Below, piece by piece: positions 37,357-50,500 of a stretch of DNA of 64,000 nt; within the stretch, counting starts at the first letter, position 1; each line of letters starts with the position of its first letter. Below the pieces are notes generated by a model. It was not told the origin of the DNA. It made no database searches and saw nothing but the letters and a program-made list of their open reading frames with translations. The position numbers were made by a program, and so were the translations under genes. The DNA comes from Haliotis rubra (Eukaryota). Location: assembly GCF_003918875.1 (NCBI RefSeq), contig NW_025767298.1, forward strand, positions 558,001 through 622,000. The letters run 5' to 3'.

Positions 37357-40300
37357 TTACATCTGCATTGTCTTTATAGCATGAGTGAGGCTTTCTTGCT
37401 CTGCGGCGTCCATTTGTACCTCTTCGTTGTTCTCTTGTGGGATGAATGCTCTAGTCAGTTTCTGGAAACAAGTTCAAAATTAATAATATATGCTTACACC
37501 ACGCCAAAGAAAGTAGTGCAAGTATAGATTTTCTCACATTCAATATCACTCTTCCTTTTGGAAGACATATTTAAAGTCACAAAATCAGTATTTAGCCACT
37601 ACAAAATTTCATCCACAAAATACAAACTACTACAAAACAACAAACACCCGAGGTGTAGTCAATACTGTATCCCTAGATCATCATGGGCTCCATTCCCTTC
37701 CAATATTACACAATTGGCAGTCGAAATGAACGTGCCGTCAGTCAGTGAAGTACAAACATGAAAGAATACGTTGCTCTTCTCCATATCCCAACCAATTTGT
37801 TGTTGTTTTCTGCCGTTATTGAAATATGTTTTGACACGATTACGTTAATATGTTACCTGCTTGAATGATGTTCCATCCGACTTAAAAACCGAGTACACCA
37901 TCCAACATGGCGTCGGCAGAACAATGGCTACCGATATAAGCCAGCCAAGCACAGTTGCCCATTCCGGATAGAAATAGTCGCCATATTTTGGAGGGCGGTA
38001 CACGTAGAAGGCGTACACGAGTATAGTCTGGAAATATTTCATAAGATTGTTTTTTAATATTCACACAAGCACAACTCATCACAAAGAACACACAGTAACT
38101 TAAACATTGGAAAAGATAGGTTATTTAGATATAGAGATGAATTTGAGATTTGTTCGTGAAGGTGTGCCCTACCATCAGCAGCCCCGGGGTGATGTATTTT
38201 GTGAGGAACGTCAACCATCTAGGAATGGTTTGGCCATACATCTCGACTGTGCACACGTTAACTCTGATCAAACCTGTAACATAAATCATATATAATGTGC
38301 ACACGTTTTACAGGTGTTTGATGACGTCACTGGGTTGTTGTAAATTACGTTTGTCTTCTGTTTCAGAGCAAAAGCGTAATACCTAAACATTGGAACCACA
38401 AATCTATTTCTTAATTGAAATTTGTCCCTATTTCAGTTGTTTGCATTGCTTTCAGTTTCGATTTTTCTCTCGTTACTTTGATTGTTGTACGAGCAATTAA
38501 TCGGAATAACTACCAAAACACTTGGAATTATCAGAAAATATTTGAAAAGAGGAGAAATAACTCGAAGCAAAGTGAATAGTTCGAAACTTCTCAATTTTTA
38601 AACTAAAATTGTCATAACGAGAAAATAATCGAAATGACGAATATATAAGCAATGTTACGAGAAAAGACACGAAATTTAGATAAATTAATTCCCTAATATG
38701 AATTTTGATTTTAAAACTATGCAACCCAGACATGCCACCAAATTCAAAGTGGCACTCATATGTTTCATTCAGATTCCATTGCTTATAGGTAGTATTTTGG
38801 GCGAATGCTGTTTTGATGGCATTGTAGTTTAAGCTGTTTATATTTGTTCGCTTGTTTTGCTATTTTTGTTAGTTAACACTGCTGAATGCATTTTCCATTG
38901 CTACGGTTTTAATGCGAAGTATTATATTAGGTATTCTATCCAGGCGTTACCGTTACACACCATTCTTAAAGCTTTGAAATATGTTTTTGGTCTAAAATAT
39001 ATATTATAGTTACGAAACTCACTTCAGTTAATATTTCTGGGTGAAACCATATGTAGTGAGTGATATTATGAAGATCTTACCAACCACCCAGGCCAGGACA
39101 ACACACTCCACCACCCCAAAGAGCATCACAGGGGGCACAGCGGAGTACCAGTCAACGAGGGTCAGCATGTAGATACCACCCTGTTAAGAGAATATGTTAC
39201 AGTCACAGGGGGCCATGTGAACACAAGATTCCTTTCAGTTGAATGTGAGAATACGCTGCAAATATTCCACGCATATACATGGCTATAAATGAGTTAAGAG
39301 ATAACCGTATCACATTTCTTTAGTTACAGGCCATCATGTTATTTCAAACGACTTTTGGCCAAACGTACAATGGCCAGGTTTACAGCATTCAAACCTTGGA
39401 AACTTGTTAATTATGATCGAATCATGACAAATGTCAAAATATGAACTGTTGGTGCATTACAAAATGCCTGGAGTATTCGAAGCATCACAAATATCGATGT
39501 CCAAACGGTTGGATTAATATAAAACAACACGAATCATCAAAAATATGGAAATATTAACTGTTGGAGTATTACAAAAATGTCTGGATACTTCCAATCATCA
39601 CAAACGTCGAAATAATAAAACTTTGAGATCTTATAAAATGCCTGGGTTATTCAACTCATCTGTTGGTTTGTTCAAATTCGTTTCACATTTTATGCTCCTT
39701 CACATACCAAGCCCAGTGGGTGATCTCCCTTAAAGGGACGTGATGTCACTGTTGATGTGTATTGATACGACCATGTTATATATGATGAAATCAATACCTG
39801 TGTAGTATACGGGAGGGTCAGAATGAATGAAGGAAGGAAGACGAGAAGGAGAAGTAGCCAACGGCGTTTAGTCAGTTTAGGGAACCGGTCACCGATTGCC
39901 TCCGACAGTATCTCCAAACTCGGCATCTGGAAAACATAACGATTTTCAGAAATGAACATACACAACAAATATACAGGTATATATGTGTTTTGGTAACTAG
40001 AATTATTTGACAGCCAGAAGAACATTCATTCATTGATTCATTCATTCATTCATTTCAGACATAACCGATCTTTTTTCTTGATATAGTATCCTTTTAATAT
40101 ATCGAGATAAATCCGTTTAAATCAGAACTAAAAACAATATGATATAAAACAGTTTTACAAACCGTTGTATCAAGGCCTAAAGTCATCATCATAACGAAGA
40201 CAAGAACAGACCACAGCTGGGGTAAGGGGAGATAAGTCACTGCTTCCGGTAACACCGAGAACGCCAGATTGAGGCCTGAAGGTGCGAGAAAGATGGTTGC

Positions 40301-43300
40301 ATTTGCAAATGTGCATGCCTCTTACAGTGAAATCAGATACCCTGTGTAAATACGTTAACGTATAATGTGCTGTCATGCGTTACATTTGGTCACAGGATAA
40401 CTGTGTGTACGCTTAAGGTAATGCTGGATCTTAGAATTGGTCCCCAAGTTTGTCGTAAGACGCGACAAGGGTTTGGGTGGTCAGGCTAGCTGACTTGATT
40501 GACACATGCCATCGTATTCCAAGTGGCTTAATCGATCCGTATTAAAATCTTAAGCAACCCATGTTTGTCGTAAGAGGCGAGTTGCGGGTTCGGTTGTCAG
40601 ATTGGATGACACATGTCATCGTATCCCAATTGGCTAAATCGATCCGTATTAGAATCTTCATTAACCCATGGTTGTCGTAGGAGGGGACTTACGGGTTCAG
40701 GTTGTCGAGCATGTTGTGTTCCCCAATGTGCGTATCGATGCTCATGATGTCAATCACTGGATTGTTTAGTTCAGAGCTGATTATTGACAGACTCTACACA
40801 ATTAACACAAACAGACACACATATAAACTGACAAACCTGAGGACTGGAAGTCGTTCATGCTGGCTCCGGTCACGTACGCCATGTGCCCCAACACCGTGAA
40901 GATGGACAGTCCACAGTAGATGGTTATCAGAGGGTCAGCGATACAAGCAATCAGCGCCAGTCTGGTCATACGATGTCAATATAAAATTATGAATCTGATC
41001 ATATCGAATGTGTGCTTGTTTGCTGTTTAACAATGTTCTGCAATACAGATTGCCAAGGCGGTAGGGGAGCCTTATGATCAAAGCGTCCACTCGTCAACAC
41101 CGATCACCCTGATTCGATTCCCCAAGTGGGTCATGGTTGAAGTCAATTTCTCCGCCCGTCTGATATTGCTGGAGTAGTGGTAAAAGCGGCGTAAAACCAT
41201 ACTCACTCATTCACTCACACACATACCTGTAGCAGTTGCTGTTTGGCTGGTTGTGACTGGACATTGTGTTCGCAATCCCCTTACTTGCCCCCATTGAATG
41301 AAGAGCGTAGCCACAAGCCTCTATCCAGATCTGTAATGGAGAAGATGAACATGCCTCCAATAAAACACAAACTCCTTTCAAAATATATACAGACACGTGA
41401 AGACCCGGGTTAGAATCGACACACTAAAAATATAGAACGTGTCCAGATATGAAGCCGGGGCGATAGCCTAGTGTTTAAAGCGTTCGCTGGTCAAGCCGAA
41501 AGGTGGGATCGATTCCCCACATGGGTACAGTGTGTGAAGCCCATTTCTGATCTTCCCTGCCGTAATATTGTTGGAATATTGTTAACATCGGCGTAAAATC
41601 ATTTACTCACACCAGATACAGATGCAAGATAGGCTTAGTCCATGGTTAAACAAGACACTGACAATTTTAGAAAATATTCACTACAAACAGCCACACGTGT
41701 GTAAAGACTACACACTAGAAACTTGCAGACAGTGAAACTCTGAACCTACCGTGGGGCTTGCCAGCTTTGTTAAGTCCGGTTTCAACATGTAAAGAAGTCC
41801 GTCTATTGCCCCAGGCAGCATGGATCCCCGGATGAGTATGATGGTGCACAGAAGGAGCGGGAGCATGAAAGTCACGTACACAATCTGGAATGAAATCCAT
41901 TCAAAAATTAATTTAATTTCTACATTTCTGTACAAACTTCACCTGATCACTAACATTCTTCTGTCACACTGAATGCGACATCTTCAGTCGTTCTCATTGA
42001 AAATCAAAACAAATCTGTACAGTCAAACACCGTTGTGTCGAAGTTGGAGTGAGTGAGTGAGTTGGATTTTACGCCGCTTTTAGCATTGCTCCTGCAATAT
42101 CTCGGCGGGGGACACCAGAAATGGGCTTCACACAATGTACCCATGTGGGGTATCGGATCACCAAACCCCAAAGACTTCAACACATCGAAGTTTGACACAA
42201 CAGTGTTGATCATTTTCATCCCCTGTGATAAACCAAAGGAAATGGATCACTTAACCAATAAATTCAATTCTCATGTACTTTTTTTAAAGAATATATACCA
42301 TGACAACAGAAGAAGGTTAAGAAAGTGGACGTTGTTCATTTTCGTTTTAGTTTTCGTCCAATATTTAAACAGTACCTTTCCCGCCACCCGGATGCCCTTG
42401 ACCGACATGATATACATTGCAACATAGGTCAAGGCCAGGCAGCCGAACAATGGCCACCGAATGGAACCTAACTGGTCGAGACCGCTTGAGATATCCAGTG
42501 CATTAAACCTGAAACAGTTATGTTCAGTTAACAAACAGTGTGTTATAACTAAAAACAATTATTTGTTTGTTTGTTGTTTAATGCCGCACTCAGCAATATT
42601 CCAGCTGCATGTCCACGATCTGTAAATAATGGAGTCTGGACCAGACAATCAAGTGATCAAGCATCAATCTACACAATTGGGATACTGGGATGCATATGCC
42701 AAGTCAGCGAATCTGACCACCCGATCCCGTTAGTCGCCTCTTACAACAAGCATGTGTTGCTGAAGACCAGTTCTAACCCCCACATTCACGGATTAAAAAC
42801 AATTCGCAGCAGATGTTGCACACAACAAAACTGTTTGTCCGTACCATCTTAACATGGCGAATGAATGGACCGTTTTTATACACAAAGCGAAAATACATAT
42901 GCCGGAACAAAATTTGCTGTCTGATCAAAATATAGTATTTCCTCACCCGCACAATCTTCGTATCTAAAATAAAGAGAGTGTTGTTATATTTAGCACATAT
43001 TATGTTTGGGATTACACTTTCTCAGTAAAGTACAGATTCTAGTATTTTTGTTGGGCTGAGTCCGGTCTGGGAATCGAACCCAAACTCTTACATTCAGGCG
43101 CCTCATCGCCAGCACACAAACTAGCCATCTAACCCACTCAGCCATCGCCGCTTCAAAAAAATGGAAGTCGTACAACTGGTAGTCTTGACCACGGACTTCG
43201 TGTACCCTCTGCTGGCGATTAGGTGCCTGGCTCTGAGAGGGTGGGTTCGAATCCCGGATGGGACTCGATCCAACAAAAGTACAAGACTGATTACTAAGAA

Positions 43301-44555
43301 AATGTAAACCCAAATATAGCATGAGATACATTTGACCACTTTCTAAGTGACATTGTGTACTTATTGACATATCAAAGGATCGGTCAATGTTGCATACAGC
43401 TGTGTCGACAATAACATCGTTGTGTCGAAGTTCAAATAAATAAATAAATAAATAAATAAATAAATGGACACAGNNNNNNNNNNNNNNNNNNNNNNNNNNN
43501 NNNNNNNNNNNNNNNNNNNNNNNNNNNNNNNNNNNNNNNNNNNNNNNNNNNNNNNNNNNNNNNNNNNNNNNNNNNNNNNNNNNNNNNNNNNNNNNNNNNN
43601 NNNNNNNNNNNNNNNNNNNNNNNNNNNNNNNNNNNNNNNNNNTTTCTTTGACACAACTGTACGTTCGACACATCAAACTTCGACACAAACGTGTTTGACT
43701 GTATTGTGCGTAACCTGCCTCCAGAATTCTTCAGTGGCGCTGGCAAAACCATCAGTGGACATATTCAGGAGATCCAACTTCGTAGTGTTTATGTCACCTT
43801 GTAGATATCCAGTGCCATTCACCGTGGTGTTCATCCCAGCATGCCGCAGCGTCGACTCCACACAGCTGGGCGTGTTCCAGTAGTTGCCACACGTGGACCA
43901 GGGCAAGGGGTTGAGGAAGGAGTTGAAGAAGAAGTAGAGGTACCAGGAGAAGTACATGGAGGTGTACATGGCGTACACCCACGACACCAACGCCGAACCC
44001 AAACCCAGACCTGATCGAATGACGCAGTTAATTGATGAGATATTCAGTATCAACTGAGAGTTTTTAAACAGAATACTTTCGCAGTACATATCAATAGCTA
44101 TTAGAATTAATGGAAACGCACCTTGAAACCAACTCAAACAGTGAATAACCATTTGTGACAAGCTTTGAGGCCCTTTCGACCCACAATCTGACTGACCACA
44201 CAAGACTACACAATACCATTAGCATAATTTCACAAGCACAATCCTTCCAGAATGTTAAGATCGGCAGATAGACACCTTCTCACCATTCCCAGACAGAAAC
44301 TCCGGGCATTCGGGTTTCGCTCCTTCAGCTATGGTGCTCCACAGTTGTGGAATCAACTCCCGACTGAACTCAAAATGTCTTCTTCCACTGATTCATTTAA
44401 AAGTTCCCTGAAAACCCATCTTTTCAGAAAATATTACAATCTATAACTTAACTTTCCAAAACTTTCACCCTCGTTCTAGCATAAGCTTTGCTTTGTAAAT
44501 ATGTAGCGCTTTGAGCATGCCTTATGTGTGGAATTCAGCGCATTATAAATACACA

Positions 44556-44587
<32 letters not shown>

Positions 44588-47500
44588 TTTAGACCCGATG
44601 GTAAATTATTTATGTTGCTCTTATCACTAATATATAGAATATGATATAACCATGGATCTCCGACTGCAGAAACAGCTTTAGAACAAAACTGTGATGACGC
44701 CAGTGTAACAAATCTGTTAATTCAAGATCAAGATGGTTTATTGTACATAAGGCCTCCGGCCCGTATATATAGTGTTATAATGACAGGCAAAGTATGGACA
44801 TTGCTGAGAGGTACCAGGAAATCAGTTGGCATGAGAAATCGGACTCTTCCTTATCGACAGCGAATGTGAATTACCTGCCCTTGTCAAAGATGGACGCACG
44901 GCTTTGAGCTCCCACTCTGTTTATACATTTAGTGAGGCACCGTCACGTATAATAAACCAATAAGTTGCCAGCGACGTGTCTAATGTGTTAAACAAAATTC
45001 TAGAGTCATCATGATATCTCTGGAATAGTACAGGGCTTCGACTGGGCTTTTCAGGCAACCCCGGGTACGCGTCAAGTCGAATTCAACAACAACAGTGAGT
45101 ACTCACGATTCGTCCCCAGCTCAGATGTTCATCTTCGAGTATTTGTGTGCTCAATCCTATTATCCATCAATGTGTTGCTTTCCCAAGTTGTGATTAATGT
45201 GCTTAACAATATGAACAATATAGAATCTGGTGCATTTTCCCCATCGAAATGAATTTTCAAAGGAGATATTGTCACTGACGTCACAGCTTTGGAATGTGGC
45301 TGTGCCCCACTTTCCGCACATGTTCCTCTTGCAACAAACCGGTGTCTCCAATATGGCTTACCTGTATCCAGTGGTGTGATAACTCGGAAACTTTTGTGCT
45401 CAGGTGGTATTAAGCTTAATCCAGGCCCAGTAGCATTGGAGAAGGTACAAGAAACTATCCTGAAGGAAATACGTGATGTCAAAACAGACCTAACCAGTAG
45501 GATTGCTTCCCTTAGAACCGACGTGCAAACGCTAACGTCTAAGTGTGACCAGATGGAAACGACGATAAGCGGCATACAGAAGGAAATAAGTGAAGTTAAA
45601 CAGAGTAGCAGCATCATGTACGATGACATTGATGCACTATCAGAGTAAGTTGACTTTATGCAGACGACGATTTCAAATTTCGATGATTGAATTGACCGAG
45701 TCTTAGCCGTTAGCCGACGTGACAACGTGATCATATACATGGTGTACCCGAATGCAGTGATGAGGATCATGTGATGTGCAAACAGAAGGTGGTCAACTTG
45801 ATGAGTGAATTTGTCAAGATAAAGAGGTGGCAAACATCGGACCTCAGTCGTGCTCATCGACTCGGGGTTAAAGGTCCAGGTTCCGATCGACTACGACCCT
45901 TCAACGCCAGAACGGAGTTCACAGCCATAGGGGCGTGGCCAAGGCTCGGGCGATATTAACCAGGAAACTCTTCTAACAGCGATACCGGCGAAAATGATAA
46001 CGCTGATGACTTTAGTTTTACTTAAATAACTAAAGCTAAAGCCCTCGCAGGGTTTAATTAAATAACTACCTTGTAATGGTGATTAACCTATACATACCGG
46101 TGTACATGATAACGCTGATGACTTTAGGTTTTGTAACAGCAACAAAACTACGTCTGTCAATGAGGGCGTAAACGTGCGCTTTCTATCATGGAATTTAAAC
46201 GGACTCATAGGTAAATATCAAGACAAACTTTATTAGCTATATAAGATCATTCGACACTGTGTGTCTAACAGAAACCTTCCTTAGTACAATACCACAGCAT
46301 TGGTTTACATACTTCGATTATGTTTTGCACCTGCTTTTAAACTGGCAAGATATGGTCGTATATGAGGTGGTGTATGCGTATGTATAAAGGAAAAGTTCAG
46401 TGAGCATTTTCAGAGAATCACGACGGGTGTGGATAATTATATTTGTATAAAGCTTTGCAAACATGTTTTGGCTTTACCAAGGATATTGTACTTATCTGTG
46501 TATATATCCCTCCCACGGCTTCAAGTTATTATCACACAGTTAACGTCTCTTGCGCACTCGATAAGCTCGAGGAGTTCCTATTTGAAAATAGTTGTTCCTT
46601 TAGTAATTGTGCAATTCTTCTTTGTGGCGATATGAATGCTAGAACTGCAAGTGAGAATAATCCTTGTACACATGAGGCTGAAGCCGAGGCTGACGATATC
46701 ATTGGTTCTCCCTGTATTGATGGGGATTATGATCCTGTCAGCGAGAGGAATTCCAGTGATGGTGTGTTGAACGCTTTTGGTCGAAAATTGTTAAATATAT
46801 GCTACATTGTTAATGGAAGAGTACCTGGCAATGCTAATGGTTAATTTACCCTCGTAAGTTCACCAGAGTTTTCCGACATCATAGCTATGTTAAATGTGGG
46901 ACAACGTCTTGAATCTGACCACCAGCCTTTGGAGTTTTTTGTTACTTTCCTAATTTGCTGTCAGATAAACAATCAGGCATTGCACTTAATGTCGCGGAAA
47001 CGTACAGGTGGAACACTGCTTTATCAGATTGCTTTAAATCCTGCTAAACAGACAAAGCTAATGCCCTTTTCCATAGTTTAACTGAATATATTGATAGTAA
47101 TCTAGATGATGCTGTTAGTCAGTTCGTAAGTCATATACTGGATGCAGCCAAATGCATGAAAAGACCTGCAGATAGATGCCATATGTTAAGACGCCAACCT
47201 TTAAACTACGAGTGTAGGTCCGCAAAGCGTGACGCGAGGAAGGCGCTTAGGAAATTTAGACTTACACGAAACGACTACAATAAAAAGGCTTTTGTACTTT
47301 GAGAAATAATGATAAAGAATCATGCAGAAAATATCAGAGCAAAACAAGAGATCTCCGATTGAAAAAAAATAAGCACTTTCATTCAACATTCTGGTAAATT
47401 TTGGCGGGAGATTCGTTCCTTGAAAAGTAAAGATAATGTGGCTTGTGATATAACAACAGATCAGCGGTTCGCACACTTCCGTTCTGTCACATTAATATTC

Positions 47501-50500
47501 TTATGAAGATCTTGATTGTAATGATACAACTAGGTTGCTGGAAACTAAGGCTAGTTTGGAGACCAGTGGTTATACAGAACTTGATGCCGAAATCCTTGAT
47601 TCAATAATAACCGAAACCGAAATTGTCGATGCCATAGGAAATCTTAAAAGCGGAAAATCACCTGGACCGGACCAGATTTTAGTGGAGATGCTAAAAGCTT
47701 CCAATGACCTTATATTGCCATTTTTGCATACAAACATTTTGCGTAAATGCTTGTATGCGCAGCAATGGAGGATTCACTGACTAATTTGCGTGCCCATTGG
47801 ATGTGAAGCAAGGATGTTTGTTAAGTCCTATTGTTTTTTCCTTCTTCATTAGCGAATAATAAAATGAAAGAATTCATTAAGGCAAACATGGTGTACAACT
47901 ATATCCTGATATTTTTGAGATTTTAATGTTACTGTTTGCTGCTTTAAAACAATGATTGAACCTGAGAGATACCTATCAAACATTACAAGCAAGAAACTTA
48001 GAAATACAGTTATTAGATTTAGACTTGGCTGGAGAGATCTAAGATTTAAGATTTTGCCCTGTTTGTATGGCAGATATCGAAGACGAATATCCTCTGTTAT
48101 TTATATGTGATGCTTATGCTGATATTAGAAAGGAGTATATTCCACAGAAATATTTGGGTCACCCTACAAGGGAAACACTTATAAGAATGGTATCATCAGA
48201 AGACGAAGCTGTCTATGTAAAATTAGCCCTGTTTTAACACAAATCTGTTAATTAACATCTGGTACCTGTTTGTCACATCCAAATTGAAATTCGGGTACCG
48301 TAAAATACACAAAGGACTAAAGACCAAAAGGAAACCAGTCCCATGAAACTGAAATCCAATGAATAAAGCTACACGTAAACGTTGTTAGTAAGATGATAAA
48401 TTCATTTCTGCGTAACAGAGAAGTGATCACCCATCTGACAAACCATTTAAGATAATAGCAGATAAACACAAATGCTTATTTTCCCCCAAAAGGCTTGAAG
48501 ATGTTTATTAAACCTATCGGTTCATACACCGAGGCAAAGAATCCAGTGGCTTAAAACAATGGCAATCGGTAATGTAAAATTAAACCTCGTATCATAATGT
48601 ACAGGAAACAATGTCAAGAAAACAGTCCCAAAATGTCAATACCTTTCATGGCGGGGCAAAATTTCCACACCTCAACTGGGCCTCTCTGGTAGTACTGCCC
48701 GATGACGACCTCTTGGAAGTATAACGGAAGTGAACAGAGACCCACAAAAAGCAGATAGGGGATCAGGAAGGCGCCTGAAAGGAGGACAAATTGTATCTTT
48801 GTTTGAGTGAGTGAGGTGTTAGGATTGTTGAAGTCAAGACAAAGACATCAGGAATCGGCTTCAGATAATACTTTTTAAGGGGAATTGACAATGACACAGT
48901 GAATTGAATTTTCTCGCGTTTTGGACAATTTTCAAATCAGAAATATACATGCTTCAATGCAAACTTGCACACCATGAAGTTTAAACCATTTTGTCAATTC
49001 ATTTGAAAAAGAGCCTACATCACTGATGTTGATATTCAAAAGTATGAATATATATCTCATATTTATGAAAATCATTTTGGAAATTCAGAAAATGGATTCC
49101 ACATACATCACTCAGATTATATCTTTCTCTAAAACCATCGTCATGCAATACAGCTTTCACCAACCTCTAATAAGAATTTATTTTATTTTTTGCTATTCTA
49201 CTTGCGATTTTATTCTAAATTAAACGCGTCAATTTGGTTTGGGCATTTTGTTTTCTTTGTTTTGTTTATTTGTTGTCTAACGTCACACTATTCCAGCCAT
49301 ATGACATTTGTCTGACTCTATCATCGAGTCTGGACCAGACAATCCAGTGATCTATGCTGGATACAATGACATGTGTCAGCTAAGTCAGCGAGCCTGACCA
49401 CCCGATCCCGTTAGTCGTCTCTTACAACAAGCATAGGTTGTTGAAGATCAGTCCTAAACCGGATTTTCACTATTGACCCCTAATGATCATGTATACGTAC
49501 CTCCGCCGTTTCTGGCGCACAGGTAAGGAAACTTGAGCAAAGTTCCATCTCCAACGCTGTAGCCCAACATAGTGATGATGCCATCTACTCTATGTCCCCA
49601 CGTCTCTCTTGTTTCTGCAAGTGTCATATGTATGTATATAAAAGTGACAAAACCTTTCCAGATCCATAGGAAATCTCTTCTTAATTCAGAGTCGGTTGTA
49701 CGAGTCCGACTATACCATGAATATGTGTTTGTTTGTTTCTGTCTAACGCCATACTCAGCAATATTACAGCTTGGCGGCTGTCTGTAAATAATCGAAGCCA
49801 GGCCAGACAATCCAGTGACTGACATTGTGAGATACACAGAACAAGAATCACTATCACATAGTGATGATACCAGTTCTTTAAAGAACATTTCTTTGCATCA
49901 TGTGGTTGGAGAGAGTTCAGTTTCATAACTCTGAATAGAATGTGACCTTTACGCTAAATGGAATCTATAACTGAAGATGGTCAAGACTTGGTATTCATAT
50001 GTCCCTTTTGAATGTCACAGATACACTCTTAAAAAATAAACGCATAGCTGATTTTGAGAATATTGAACTCACGTAGCTCCAGCGCCGGATCTCAACCCCC
50101 AAATTATGATGTATTGGAACAAGAATGCCATCAGGAAACGAACGCAGTACCTCTATGTCAGATTCAATATCTTATAAAATCAATGAGGAGGATGGCGGAG
50201 GTTACACCAGATATTCACATTGTCCTCGGTTAACGATACTAATGTGATTTCTTGAGAATTGTATGCCAGAATCTTGAAAATAACCGCACTTGTTAACTTC
50301 ATGCGACCATAGTTATCAGCACAACATAATGAGTCACTTTTTTTGCAATGCTTCTTCTCTGATTGGTCGGTTGGTTGTAAATAATGAAGTCTGTATCAGG
50401 CAATCCGGTGCTCAACAACATGAGCATTGCTTCCCTGAATGAACTACAGTTTTCGGTTATTTGGGGGTTCAGATTTGCATATTGAATTACTCTTTGAGAG

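Noticed and set aside
42990-43883. Long ORFs crossing the N run
   Set aside because: Artefacts of the gap.
45129-45857. 242-aa minus-strand ORF
   Set aside because: Antisense to the LINE ORF1-like region, with no recognisable domain.
49501-49614. Monoamine-transporter assignment from the TM1 Asp
   Set aside because: The acid aligns one residue after the SERT/DAT Asp position, which is Gly here; no gene symbol is assigned.
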